Made by a program: the position numbers and the translations under genes
Shown: piece by piece, positions 1 through 13,817 of the stretch
Layout of the letters: each line of letters starts with the position of its first letter
Position numbering within the stretch: the first letter of the stretch is position 1
Notes under the pieces: generated by a model
What the model was told of the DNA's origin: nothing
The model's database searches: none
Seen by the model: only the letters and a program-made list of their open reading frames with translations
Assembly (NCBI GenBank): GCA_003971905.1
Contig: RSEE01000074.1
Location: 248,001-312,000 of the forward strand
Length of the DNA: 64,000 bases
Origin: Moniliella sp. 'wahieum'
Lineage: Eukaryota
Direction of reading: 5' to 3'

Positions 1-694
1 TGGGGCCAAGGGGGTAGGAGCAGGCAAATCGAGTGCTGGAAGGTGGGTGGCAGACGCGATCGAGGGAGTGATGGAAGAGCGAAGGGAGGGCTGGGGCGAT
101 TGGGTGCTGGAGGGCAGTAGCTTGACGGTTGTAGGTGGCAATTGGCCGGTGCGAACTGGTAGTGTGGTGGGTCGAGTGGGCAGATCATCTTCCTCGGCTC
201 CGCTGGTCTCATCGCTGCGGTGGCGGTGATGATGTTGGGGTTGGGCATGGTGTTTACGGGTGTTGCGCTGGGATGTGAGGGATGGGTCGCGGGTGCTGCT
301 GGGCGAGGCCAAGACAGCAGAGGGAGAAAGGGAGGTGGGGGCGGGGATGGGGCGTCAGCGGGCGGGCGTCAGCGGAGGGCAAAGGGGCACCGGTGTGAGG
401 CAGGGTGAGGCGGATATGGGGCGTTCGGGTGTCGGGGGCAGATGCGCGGTCGACGGAGTACGCTGGGTGGGACGGGGCAGGGGTGACAGAGGAGCGGTTG
501 CGCCTGCCGAAGGCGGACGAGCCGCGGCGGAGCCAGTCAAAGTCGCGCCAGCTGGAGGCAGAGGTGGGAGGGGCGGCAGGGGGGGCGCGGCTGCTGGCGT
601 TGCTGGAGCGGAGGGATGGAGCGGGGGCGGAGTTGTCGGGGGCAGAGGCAAAGAGGCTCTGGCCGCCCGACTTGAATGCCTCCTTGAGCAGCAT
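1..694 (-). CDS. Hypothetical Ser/Pro-rich protein, 5' part only (runs off the window)
   Basis: GCCATG start at 694 (MLLKEAFKSGGQSLFASAPD...WRDFDWLRRGSS) follows a pyrimidine-rich leader. Low-complexity coding-like sequence continues to the window edge with probable frameshifts. No recognisable domain. Confidence 0.5.
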
Positions 695-3600
695 GGCCGA
701 CGGCAGAGAGGGAGGAGGGGGGAGGAGTGGCGGTGGCGGTGGCGGTGGCGGTGGGGTGTGGCGGGAAGGTGCGGGACGGGACGGGACGGGACGGGACGCG
801 ACGGATGGGGCCCGAGGCCTGAGGCCTTTTGCGGAGGGCAGGACCCAGGCGGCTGTGGGAGTGGGGAGAGGGGGTGGGTGCAAGGGGAGAGATCGCGCAA
901 AGCCGAAACGACGCACATGCGTCCCACGCCGCAGCCCACTCGACGCCCGCCCGACACTGGCGCCGCACCAGCGCAGCGCTGGGCGGTAGTGGACTCGTGG
1001 GTAGTCACTTCCTATATCACTCACGCCCGCAGTCACTAGGCAGGCTCAGGCCGCAGGCCCAGCACCTGCACCCACCCCCGTCCGATCCTCACTCGTTCCT
1101 CGGCATCAGCGCGAGGCGCTGCTCAGCGCTCAGGCTCAGCCGCTCCCCGGCCGTCGGTGGCGAAGCTGACCTGTGACCTGGTGATCCACCTAGTGCATGA
1201 CCGCCAACACTGCCGCTGTCCTGCCCATTGTAAGTCGCCTCACTTTGCGCCTTTGTCTGCTCACCGGTGCTCACCGCTGAGTGGCTGGCATATGTGGCAT
1301 GCGCCCGCGAGCCACAGACACTGACTAGCGAAGCTTCCAGTCACTACCCATTAGCCACTAGCCAAGTGGCCCACCCCACGCACCACACCAGTCTTGCACC
1401 ACGCCCCCTTTACCCCACAGCAGGCCACACGCGGTAGCTCCTTTTCCTTTCCAGCGCCCTCTGTCCTCTCCGTGCTACAGAAACGGGAAGGACGGAAGCC
1501 CCCTTGGCTTCAAAAGCATCAAGCTCCAGCTCTGTCTGCATTCATGCAATCCATCATCCATCATCCAACGTGTGTTGGCGCCGGCCATACCAACCTACAT
1601 ACACCCGGCTGCCTCGCTTTACGCGTGGTCTTCTCGGCCCCTTCTGGCAACGCGGCATCCGCGTTACACCCACCCTACCCGCGGAAACAGGCCAACGCAT
1701 GCTGGCAGTTGCCCTGTTCCCACCGGCCGCCTTCACCTGAGGGAGGGAGGAAGCCTCTCTGAGAGATTGGCTGTCTCGGATATAGAGACGAGTATTACTA
1801 CCGAGAGGGAAATGTTGGCCTATAGAAAGCCAGATAAGTCGAAAAGAATGAGAACCTTGTGATAGATTTGAGCCGAAGGCTCTGGGTGCAGAAGCATCTA
1901 TATGTAGGGCGTCGGACTATAGGAACAGGGCAGGTGAGGCACGCACAAGAGAAAATAGAGGGAGGGCAGATGCAGGGTCACAGGGGCTGTGCCATCACAC
2001 AGGCTGTGCATGCTCTGGCACCATCTCCGCCACACCACAAGCCGGTGGAAGCCGAGACGTGAGCTTGAACCTGAAAGAATAGGGCTAGTACTGGCACATG
2101 GGCAAAGCACTTTACAGCGAACAATGGTCAGTGCGATAAATCGGTCACGCCAATGATTAGAATGAAGGCTCTGAACGCGGTTGTCCCTTAATTGACAAGT
2201 ATATAGCTACTAGTACGCTATCAAGCTACTAAGAACGATTGTGCTGCGCAAGGATATGAAAGGAAACAGTCGGAGATAGTAAGCTCCTGACGCCAGTCCG
2301 ACCTTGAGGGCAACGGGAGAAGAGAAAGGGGGAGAGGGAACGAGACGCAAGGGGATAACCAGCCCGTGGTGCGCAAACGGCGGAACGATGAAAACACTTC
2401 CTCCTTTACCAGTGGCTTTTGACCGCAAGAGTCATGGCATTTGGTGTACAACCACATTAACCAAGCTTCAAGCCATATCCTCCAACAGAACCTCGTCTGC
2501 GAGCTGGGTCGGAGGGCCGCAGTTCTATACAGTTAACCGGGAAAATCATTAATCACAACACAGCTGTTGCGAGAAAAGTCAACACATGTGAGCAACCTCT
2601 TCTCACCATAGGTTTCTGCAGCACCTGACCACATCGTACCTCTACTATTATACTCTCAATAGCCTCAGCGCCCTTCGGTGTAGGCACAGCGGGGACATTT
2701 GCTGTTTTTTTGCTAAACTCATCGCAGTCGTTCATGACCTCTTGTTGTTATAAGCACAGCTCTAGAGGAGAGACACACTGACTGTGGCTGCACCTTAGAT
2801 GGAGCAGGAGAGAGAGTATAGAGCTACTGGCCAAAGGCGAAGGTAAAAAACGGGAAATGATGAGATCTGAGCGGCGGATCGACGCCGAAGAGTCTGTTTA
2901 CAGTCTGAGGTTGTGATATCTGATTGAGGACATGGCATAGCAAAAGCGTACACGAGAGAGGGTACTCTGGCGGAGGAGGTCATTTCCATGTCTTGACGAC
3001 ATCTCCGAACACGGCTGCTAAGCCATACACCCCCCCCACCCCGCTCGGAGGTTTAACCAACATCTCTGAACGTTCAATACTCGTCATGCATATGAGAAGC
3101 CCTGCACAGCTGATATCGCCCCCCCCTCCTCCCTCATCTCTTTCTGCATCGCTGTCTCTATAATTATTCTGTTCCCTCTCCTTCAGCTTCGATTAGCAAG
3201 ATAGTACCGTGGAAAAAAAACGTGTTGCGCGAGCTCGCCCGGTATCCCCTGATTTCGTTAGCATTTTTGCGACGGTGAGAGGATGACTGGGCAATGAGCA
3301 AATATATGTCGTCCTTCTTGAACCGGACCTATCGTCACTCTGGTGGTCTTACCTCGGACTATTCACACAAAAAGATATCATGAGATCCTTTCCGGGCTGA
3401 ACATCACCCATCTTAACACACGCTGACGGAAGGCAATGGAGATAGTGTGCGTTTCGTGTAGTCCCACAGGATGTCCCACAGAAGAGTCCTGAGTGTAAAT
3501 GGCATCCACACCTCATACATCTGTTTGTCCTGGTTAGCTCGATGTCAAGAGGGGAGGCCTTTGGACGTGAAGCCTAGGCGGCTACACATGTGACAAGACT

Positions 3601-5229
3601 GCGTATTGGGTGGTAGTAACGTATCTGGAGCATCAAGGCTTAGGGACGGGTAGTGGCAGTGGAGGACAAACGTGCCAGAGCTAGGAAGACTGGACAGGGG
3701 AGGTTGTCGACATGGCTGGAAAGGAAGCCATGACACACGTAAACTGATACGGTAACTCGACGCGTCTGAAGGAAGGTTCGAGCGACTGGGCGGAGGTGAA
3801 GCTGGGAGACAAGGTTGGAATACGAAGAGGAGGAGGGAGCAAAGTGGAGACGAGGTTGCCTGTATGAATCAATTGACTGAAAACGGGCACACTCGGGCCA
3901 CCGTACATGGTTTAACCAACCATCATCAAACTTGGCTGGACTTTGGAGCGCGCTCTACTGGGCATTTGCACGCAGGCAGGCTTTAGCTTGGACCAGACCA
4001 TCTCATTTCCCATGCAGCCCGTAACAGAGCGGTTAATTCTCATCTGGATATCCTCTCCCGTGCTCCCTCGCATTTCTCCGTGCTCCGCCCCTAGTCATAG
4101 ACCCTATGACCAAAACTCCCCTAAGTTCCCTGTGGTAGAGAACAAACTCCCACAGTGAACAGCGCCGTCTAGGCTTTGCTTCCACCCTAGTGCCTATTTT
4201 CACGCGCCAAGGAAACGAGATCAAAAGCAACGGCCACACCATCATACTATCCGCTGTTTACGAGCTCTTTTCTCGAAAATGTTCGTGCCTTCTGCACATT
4301 TTTTCCTCTACTCGCCTGAACGTGACGCACGCGTAATGTGAGCCCATGACCGCAACTCTTTTTCCATATTCGTAATTTCTCTACGTCTACTTATATACCT
4401 CGCACTTGAAAAGAGCAATAAGAGCCATGGTCTTCTCCCGCCACATATGCATCTCATCGACCATCGCTAGCGTTTGATGTAAGTATTATATCTCTGCAGA
4501 GAACGCGTGTTGTGTGGTGTTCCTATATAGTGTTGGGGATATGGGACTCGGAACTAGGTGCCAATGCTACTAGGTTAGAAGGTGTTGTATACTACGCATG
4601 CCAATAAGGGGCCTTTTAACGCACCCTATCTTCCCTCTTTGGCCTCCTAAGTGTACATGTGTACTATACTTGGGCGGTTTCAAAAAATTCCTATATAGTC
4701 TCTTATCTTCTAGGTATTATGGCCTGGTATAGTAGGGATGCGAGAGGGGCTTAGAATATCTCAACCACTATTAACAACGCCATTACATATCACTTCTCCC
4801 TGATAATGCTTGGTTCCTTCGGTCTTAGGCTGCTCAACGAAGTACTGAGCGGGGCATCCACAGCCGTGGCCATGCAACAATCATCGCGTGTATTCAGGCG
4901 AGATCAGCGCTCCCCCAAGCCAACAAGAGCGATTGCAGTGGAGACGTGAATACGATAGAGGCACAGGGCCAGTGTGGTACACGTTTGGGCGAGATTGTGT
5001 TGGATAGGTGCGAGATGTGGGCATGGCGCCACTCTCTCCAGCCCTGCGTCTGCGCTGGATGCGTCCGCGAATAGCCGCTCCCGAGGCGGATGTGGGGCTC
5101 CACAGCCGAGGTCTATCCACGATGGCGCGCACCCAACAATTGATAAACTGATGCAGAGGCCGCGATTTCTTTGTCTACGCTACCAGCACCCCCCCTCCCT
5201 CCTCTGTCCAACGACCATCAACAGTCTTC

Positions 5230-6785
5230 ATGATACCCCGCTACCCCTCCACATCTGCCCTCCTCCAGTATGCGCCCTGGCGCAGTGCAGCCGCGTTCCG
5301 CACACTCTCTACTTGCTCCCTCGTCAGTCGCGCAGTGAGCGTTGAGCCACCCGCGCACGTCCCTGGCTACCCAGATTCTCTTTTTCTCTCCAACCTCAAA
5401 GACTGTTGGATTGACCCCACCACGCCCACAGCACGGGTCGGGGGGGCAATCCCCACTTTCCGCTTGACCGATATGCATGGCCGCCTCATGCCTGACGTCA
5501 CTGAGCAACACTCGAGGTATGCTTTGCCTCTCTCTGCCGTGCCAAATCAAAGTTCCAACTCACTCATATGCACTGCCTATTGTTGTCCAGTTGAGCCAAG
5601 AGGAAGCAGTAAAGATGTACAAAATGATGCTGCTATTGCCGACGTTGGATGATATTCTGTACAATTCGCAGCGGCAAGGTCGCATTTCGTTTATGATGAC
5701 ATCTCACGGAGAAGAGGGCGCGATCGTGGGTGCCGCGGCCGGGTTGGATGAGAGGGACGAGGTATTTACGCAATACCGTGAAAGTGGAATTTTGCTCTGG
5801 CGCGGATTTACCCTGGAGGACTATATGAGTCAAATGTTTGGAGCCCACGACGATCGCTGTGGGGGGCGTCAAATGCCGATTCATTTTGGATCTAAGCAGC
5901 ATCATTTCCATACCGTCTCCTCTCCTCTTGCGACCCAGATCCCCCAGGCGGCCGGAGCCGCGTTTGCATTGAAGCGAACAAAGGGAAGGGAAGGCAATGT
6001 GGCAGCTTGTTTCTTTGGTGAGGGCGCTGCTAGTGAGGGAGACGCCCATGCAGGCTTTAACATTGCCGCAACAACCAAAAGTCCAGTTCTGTACGTTCTG
6101 TACCCTCCGCTCTCGCGCGATATAGTATTTTCTATTGTGGTACCTTGATACTGACTTAGTTCTGTCCATCCGCTCTCTGCAGGTTCATCGTGCGCAACAA
6201 TGGATTCGCCATCTCAACCCCCTCCACGCAACAATATGCAGGCGACGGGATCGCTAGTCGGGGCGCCGGGTACGGCATGCCGGCCTTGCGGGTGGACGGG
6301 AACGATGTGCTGGCAACGCGGGCGGCGGTCAAGGCAGCTCGCGAAGTAGCTCTGTCACGCCATGTGCCGGTTTTGCTGGAACTGATGAGCTACCGAGTTG
6401 GGCACCATTCCACCTCAGACGACTCGAGCGCCTACCGTCCCAAAAAATCAGTCGAGGACTGGAAACGCTTGGACAATCCGCTGGACCGGATGCGTCACTT
6501 CCTAACCGCGCGTGGCTGGTGGTCGGAGGAGGAGCAAAAGAAAACGACCAAGGCGTATCGTACCCAGGTCATCGCAGAGATGACTAAGGCAGAGAAGAAA
6601 CCCCACCCGCCTCTGTCAAGCATCTTTACCGACACATACCATGACGTGCCCCCAACCTGGTGCGGCAACGTGCCGAGTTGGCACGGCTTGTCGATCAGTA
6701 CGCCAACTATCCCCCCTGGGCAGCACAGCTCAAGAAGCACAAAGGACAAGGGGAGGATTTGGTCGAATTCGCGCTTAGGGCTTGA
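5230..6785 (+). CDS. BCKDHA: Branched-chain 2-oxo-acid dehydrogenase E1 alpha subunit (mitochondrial)
   Basis: Motifs [44 protein letters not shown]-binding [11 protein letters not shown]...[15 protein letters not shown] and [16 protein letters not shown]. Arg/Ser-rich presequence. Introns at 5517-5590 and 6091-6182. Indels near 5510 and 6652. Confidence 0.95.
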
Positions 6786-9145
6786 AGGGCTTGAAGCTCT
6801 TGAAGGCTGGGAATGAAACATCCGAAACAAGTGCACAAGGGACCGGGAGTATGAAAAGCGAGCCACACAAAAAGCCCTGACGTGTGGCTTTGATCCCTGT
6901 GCCAAAGCCTCTGTTCCATCTTTACTGAATCTATGCTCGCGTCCAAAAAAGTCAGTAAGAGAGCACCATTGGGGGGGGGCATTGAAAGTTCAGTTGAACC
7001 CGTGCTCGGGGTCCTTCCCTTGATATTACAGGGCGTAGATATGTTGGACTTTGGCGGTTGTCGTCGGCAGCCGAATGCTTGGTGGCGCCTAGTCACTCCG
7101 AAAGGGGCCGGGCAGAGATGTTGTTACAAGGGTGAGCAAAATATGGCTTTTTGATGGAATGCATGTCACATGTCAGCTGTCATGTCATGGATTTGATGAG
7201 CAGATTATCTGAGCGTGTGCGATACCATGCGACTGGGGCGACCCCAGGGACATCGGGCGAAGTCTGCGTGCGACACCTCCTTTCGATCATATCTCTGGGG
7301 CTCCGCAGGGCTCCACTTGAGATTCTCCGAAAGGCGCGAGGCTGGGAAGCTTGAACGTTTGCAATTGGAGCATGAAACTACGTACATCCAGTGAACGTTT
7401 GAACCAGCCGCAATAGGGCATAGCCAGGAAAATTTGAAACCATAGTATTCTCCGATTACCCATTAGTCATCTTGTCTTCCATCAGGCTGATCATTGGTCG
7501 GTCATTAACCGGTAACCGGAGGCCGCCTGCGGCCTCAGCTTGAGCGCCGAAGAAGGCGGAGAGGATGCAGCTTTCCAATGCCAGTACTTGCACTTAGCTG
7601 CAATGTACACTCGCGCCCACCGTTGCGCTTGTCCTCTGCCCGCGCCAGATCCAGGACATCGGGTAGCCCCTGGCCATTCCGCCCTGCGCCCAGCGCTCAG
7701 CGCTCAGCCCTCTTTGCGCTGTGGACGAACGATGGACCCTTTTCTAGACCCTACTGAGGGTACGCCATGGGCTCGCGGTCCCGCGATCCCGTCGGCTCCT
7801 GCGCCCCTTCTGCGCCTGGGGCACCCTTGCGCAAGTGCACCCCTGCGTGCCCGGATTGGAACACGTCACGGCATCACAGATAGATCGGTTACCGCATGTC
7901 ACCGCGTCACACGTTACTCCGCACGATGCAAGTAACTGAGTACACTGCCCAAGTTGAGTGCGATGATGAAAACGTTGAACGCCACACAACTGGGGCTCAA
8001 TAATTGACGTTTGGCGTACTTCAAACTTGAAGCTTCAAGCTTCAAGCTTCAGGCTAGCTTCAGGCCCCAGACCCTACGGAGAGATTTTGGCCCTACTGGA
8101 CCCCATCTTTCGTCATCGATCATCTCGCATTTCCTATTAATCCTCCCGCACCGCTTCGTCCGAGGCTCCTCCGCACCCGCTATCGAACATTGAGCGCGAA
8201 CAGCATATCCTCTATCTTCGAAAGCACCACCGCACACTAAAGCTCTCGCTGTAGTGGTGTCGCACATCCGCCACGACAAAAGCCTCTTTTCCCTATGAAC
8301 TTGTATGAACCACGGCAAAATTACTGCTTACCGGTATAGGTGCGTACAAGAAGGAGAGGCTGAGCCGACGCGTTCCAATAAGCGGCCCCTCCTCGGAATC
8401 GTCCGGATTGTACAATGCACCTCTGGATTCATGAGTTGTGTAGGCTTGCTGTTACATATGTCATCCATTATCTTTTCGATGTTTTATCGATTATCCGCCG
8501 TGATCGGGTGGCCGGGCCCTACGACCTAACACACCCTACCCTACCTACCCTACCCGGAAGCGCACAGGGTAACACCTTATAGGACGACGGTCGATAGACG
8601 GAAGCACCGTTCTGCAATATGTAGCTGCACGTCATAATATGGAGGGTCGTCGATGATCATCATCTTCTGCAGATGAGATCTGATGACACACATCGTCGTC
8701 ACCGATACAACTATCTATTATGGCAAGCGCGTTTTCCAGTGCATGATGGTGTCAAACTGTAGTTGTGAGATGAACGAGAAAGATGGAGAAGTCTACTGCA
8801 CACTATATGTGAGCGGGAGGGGACTGTGGTGGATGGTTGGTTTTAGGGCGACACAGTGCAATTAACTCCTCACCGAACCTTCATAACTGCCATTGCATAT
8901 GTCGTATCGACGCGGTTGGTCATCTCGTATTGCCAACCAGATCAGAACAGTATAAATACTGTGCGCCCTGATGATGCATCCTCTTCCTTCCCCGCCTCCA
9001 TTCCCATCCGCTTTGAGTCATCTGTGTCACTAATTCTTGCCGTCTATTGCAACCTTCGGTGTTCAGTACAGGCCCTTTTCTTTTCTTCCTACTACACACC
9101 TACCGCCTTTTTCTCGTGTTGCCTCATCGTCATCATTGATCGGCC

Positions 9146-10233
9146 ATGCAAAACGACACCTTTGCCCCTCTCATCACATCGCTACTACCTACCTCTTTAT
9201 GTGTGGGTGCCGACGCCAGTTCTATCCCCTTTGTCCAGCAAAACCAGTACAACGTGGCCCAACACCCTCCTTATTCAGCTCCGTCCCAGCAGATGCCCAG
9301 CTCGTTTCTGCCGATGGCAGCTCCGACGGTGCCTCGCCCCAGTCGGACGAAGGCCAAGCAACCGAGCCCCAACAACATAGTACCCCAAGTCCAGCAAGGC
9401 ATCCTCCTGTTAAGCGTTCTCGCGAAGAACGTGCCTCTCGCCGCCGGGAGCAAAACCGGAATGCCCAGCGCGCCCTTCGCCGCCGCAAGGAGACACGCAT
9501 TTCAGAGGTATGTCATTTCTTTCTTCTGTTGAGAATTTGCAGAGGCTGACCTGTACACACTTTTTTTATCTGCCAGTTGGAGGGCATGCTGGTAACCATG
9601 AAATCCAGTGAGAGTGTTCTTGCTGAGCGCAACGAATCCTTGGCCACTATGCTGAGCAACTTACGGCAAGAGAACATGCTCCTGCGGAGAATGGTCCCTT
9701 CTTTGCCCTCGGTTCCTTCGTCCCAAGAGAGTCAAAGTCAAACGCCCTTTCCATCACCACCGAAGACAACCTGTTACGCCCCGATTATGGAACAAGCTCC
9801 AACCAGTTCCGATGGTATGATTGGAATCTCTCCACGCCGTGGAAAGAGTTCGTCGTTCTGCGATCCATCTGGTCCATTGTACGATACAGAAACTGCCGCC
9901 CTTCTGCGCCCCAGCCGCGCTTTGTCGTTCCATAAAGGTGCTATTCTGCCGACTGGACCTCAGCAGGTTGTTTCAATAGACGGCATCCCTTCCGAGGTCA
10001 GTGGACTCCCTGCGGTCAAGAGTGAAGACGGTTCTGAGGCCCAGTCGGAACATGGTGGTGAGGGACTTTCCTTGTTGCCCACACCAACAGTTGACGCTGG
10101 TAAAGCATCGCTACTCCCGTTTTCTTCCGTCCTTCCTACTGGACCACACATTTTCCGTTCGCCGTTCATGGCCGAGGAAGAGCCGGGTGACGTAGCTTTG
10201 CCGTTGAACAAGTGTAACGTATTTTCGCTGTAA
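9146..10233 (+). CDS. bZIP transcription factor (Yap/AP-1-like basic region)
   Basis: Basic region RRREQNRNAQRALRRRKETRISE is spliced (intron 9508-9576, GTATGT..GCTGAC..CAG) to a zipper LEGMLVTM...NESLATMLSNLRQENMLL. One frameshift near 9310. TATAAA at ~8951. Confidence 0.85.
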
Positions 10234-11915
10234 CCGACGCCTTCTTCCACGCAAGTATCAAGTGAGACGTCTCTTCTGCCCCATCTCGCTACCGCCTGCC
10301 ACACATTCAACATGCTGAAAGAGCAAAAAACACGCGTTGTTTGAGTGTGCAACACAACGACCCGAGACCCGCGCTGTACACATTTGACTTTTCTCCATCA
10401 TCAGGTTCGCAGACCACTACCCTTACTCCTTTCCTTCCCACTTATCCGACTGGATATTCTGGGAGCATTGGCCATCCTGTATACATCTCATGTACTCCCA
10501 AGCGCTTTACGGACCTCACACTACTAGTACCTCTTTTGACATCCATCGTCGTTTTTGCTCTGATAAAAAACTTGTGCCACCCATCCTCCTCAACAACCCG
10601 TAGCATTTACGAAGTACTAGTGGGATCAAACAAAACGCGTCGTGTTTTGCTGACGGCAGCGAGGGTTTGTGATGCGCTAATCGCGTGAGCGGCCTCTTCA
10701 CGCACTGTGTGTAGTTCGATAGTTTTACCATAGCTCGCACTACAAGTTGCATGCATTGAAAAGAGATGTGCATACGATTTGAAACGCATTACTGAATTAG
10801 TATTACTGGGCCTGCTTTTGCTGTACTTTTGGTTGTCGTGTTTCTCCCTTCTTTCGATATATGGGGAGAAGCATATACCGCGACCTTTTACGGTTCACAC
10901 CGGCGGCGAGGCGCCATAGCGTAGCGAGACGTCTTGATGCACGCACTATGAAGACAGCAACAGCGGCTGCTGAAGCAAACTGTATGAAAGAATCACGTAA
11001 AGGGGATCTACTGGGTGCGATATGGGCTTTGGATCTACGAAGCAGGTGATGGTAGTTAGACAGAGGAGAGAGATACTACTTGTCCCTAGAAGACGTGGCC
11101 ACGCCCATGCCACATCAGCCTCCAAGAGTCCGCAGAGCCTCGGGGCCTACTGTGTGGAGAGGGATTCAGAGTGGGGCTGCTAACTATGCGGCTTCGTCTC
11201 TCGACCACGCAACGCACCATGACCTTTTCCCAGCCTCCAAGGATTGAGCTGGAGCAAGGGGGCAAATTGATAGATCGTACTGAATTATAGCGAAACGAGC
11301 CGGCGATTCTTTGGAGAGGTTACCGTTGCCAACAGTTATCACCCATCTATATGGATCAGAGAGATACTACACTTTTTACCTGGGTTTGACGATCGGTTGG
11401 TTAAAACGCCAACCTGCATCCCCCTGGGAACATGGGGGGGGGTGCGAATGCTCTCCTCCTAGTGTGGGCGGGACACGATGTTGATTTCGTTGGGTACTTT
11501 CCACCGACTGCAGGTGTCGCGGCAAGAATGGGAAAACGTCATCGCCTTGCGTGCCCGCCGTAAGTGGCCTGCGTTTGGCATTTGTCCAGCCGAGCAAAAT
11601 ATACGTGGTCACCAAAAGCAAATGTATCTCTGGCTGTAGTCACACCAGCTCATATATATAGGATAGTGTACTGCCCGATGAGGCTTGGGCTTGAAGGCAA
11701 CGAGGAAGGCAAATACTACGCCCAATAACTGTGAATAATGTCTGGAGGTTTGCGGAAGACATGCATAAGACGAAACGTGAGGGTAGGCTCTTATAAGGGG
11801 TTAAGCTGGTTCAAGCTGATCAAGGCCAAAAAGTGGATTTTTTTTAAGAGTTTGAAAAATGTTGTCCCAAGCCCCAAGAATCCGCGGAGTGGACGAGGCG
11901 GCGCGCTAAGCCAGT

Positions 11916-13817
11916 TTAGCTTACAAACGCATCGGGGGAATTGTGTTGGCTGCCTGCAGCTGCAAGAAATTGACCTTGGCCGCATCGTAGTCGTTCCACT
12001 CGTTTTGCGAGAGGCACATAAGCGAGAACTCGGCGTTCATCCGTGTCTCGGAGCCAAGGCGGACCACCATGGCCTGTTGTTCGGGTGTCAAGCCAGCGGC
12101 TGGGGATGGGGCAGCCACAGTGGCCGGCCCGGCGGGAGCGGCTTGCTGGGGAGCCCAAGCATCTGTGCGCGTATTGCCGGAGACAGAGCTCGTCACTTAA
12201 GATGGTGCATGGCCAACCAGCTGCGAGAGCCGGTGATCCGGGCGCAGCGGGAGCGACGAGAAAGGTGCGATCAAAGCTCCGGACGCCTCCCGACGTCACC
12301 TCCGTGAACTCGCCGTGAACGTTGATGAAATAGTCCATCGGTTGCTCTGTCATCCCCGGTACAGGCGGGCGAGTGGAAGGGATGGTCCAAGCATCGAAAC
12401 AAACTTGGTCGGGTCCGTGGTCGGGTGGCGAGTTTGAGGGAGGCGTCGCAAGAATTTGACAATGCTGTCAGGCCCCACGTGCACGCCGCGAGAGGGCGAG
12501 GCGGCCCCCAAACGCATGATATCGTGTTGTTGGAGATCACCGAACACATCGTTCCGCAATGACTTTTGGCGTTTCATCGAGTTCAAGAACCCGGCCGCCT
12601 TGGCCCGCGCGGGGGAGGTGAGATGTACATGTAGCTGAACACTGCTTGAGCGTCGTACACAGGCCTCAGAGAGTCCACATTGGTGTCCGTGGTGTTCATG
12701 AACCTAGTGTGGCAGGGTTAGTAGGCGAGGAAACGAGGGTGGAATGTTGGCAAACTCACTTGTCGAGGAAGGTGGACACCGTGGAGTCTGTGTCCAACGG
12801 GGGGAAAACAAATGATGGTTGGGTGCTGAGGGGGATGGGGATAGGGGGTATGCCCGCAAAGTGGGCAGCGGATGTAGCAGCAGTGTTCGTCTTCTTATTG
12901 GCGCTGGGGAGTTGAGACGCGACTTGTTGGGCTGCGGTACGCTCAACCGGCTTGAAGTCAAGGAGGGTGAGTGAGGGGAACTTGACCAACACCTCTTGAC
13001 GATACCCGGCCTCATTTCCGGCGGCCTCCGACGTTTGCTGGACAGGATTGCCGACCAAGACGAGCTCGGAGAGGGAGTGAAGATTCTTCCGGCCAAAGTG
13101 TAGGTCCTTGGTCCACTTGATGTCGTTCCCCTGTAGCGACAGGGCATTGAGTTGGGGGAGGTATTCCGGCAATGGACTGATCGGAATGAGAGTCTTGAAG
13201 TTGTTGAACGCCAGAGACAGGGTCTGGATATTAGGGTACATTCCTTGATCAGCTTGAAGAGCGCTGCCGCCAGGTGGGTAGATGCGCCCGGCGCGCCAGG
13301 AGGTTTGATCCCAGCCTGTTGCAGGATGGGGTCAGCGGCCATGTTCTCCAGATTGAGCGCCTTGCTGGACTCTTGCCAACGGGAACGCAAGTACTGGCGC
13401 AGCGTTTCAATACGTCCAGAGAGCGCTGCAGTTTGCTTCCGCTTGTTGGCGGAGCCACGAAGAGCAACGCCACGAACCCGAGCAGCAAGCGCAGGATTGC
13501 TGCGGTTGCCAGGACGGGAGCTACGGGGCGCAGGTCGCCTGAGGCTGTCTGATGGATGGAGAGATGTGTAAGTAGAAAATGAGGAGCAATTGGGGAGCGA
13601 ATGATACGCACGGAGCGACGCTTGCCAGGGCGCGCCGTTGAAGCATCGCGCATGCCCACATCCTCGTTGATGCGTCGAATGAGGCGGTTGCGGCCGCCAC
13701 CACCGCGGCGCGCACCGCGGGCATTTCCGCGGGAACGAGTGGCCGACCCTCCTCTGGTCCCGGCCACCGCATCCGCAGAAGGGGCGGCGGAGGCGTCTGG
13801 AGGCGCGAGAAAGACAT
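11916..13817 (-). CDS. MEX67: mRNA export factor Mex67/NXF1 (LRR, NTF2-like and TAP-C/UBA domains)
   Basis: RG-rich N-terminus, ALNLENM, LRR (IQTLSLAFNNF, LNALSLQGNDI, ELVLVGNPV), NTF2 (INVHGEFTE..RSFDRTFLVAPA, WPCTILSD) and TAP-C (ETRMNAEFSLMCLSQNEWNDYDAAKVNF..IPPDAF). Two introns and several indels. Confidence 0.93.

Noticed and set aside
8535..8556. Interstitial telomere or telomerase template (CCCTA-like repeats)
   Set aside because: The units are ACCCT/ACCT rather than CCCTAA, and the tract is too short.
9400..9510. The local bZIP as the reader of TGA-N4-TCA palindromes
   Set aside because: bZIP half-sites are spaced by 1-2 bp, not 4, and there is no evidence beyond proximity.
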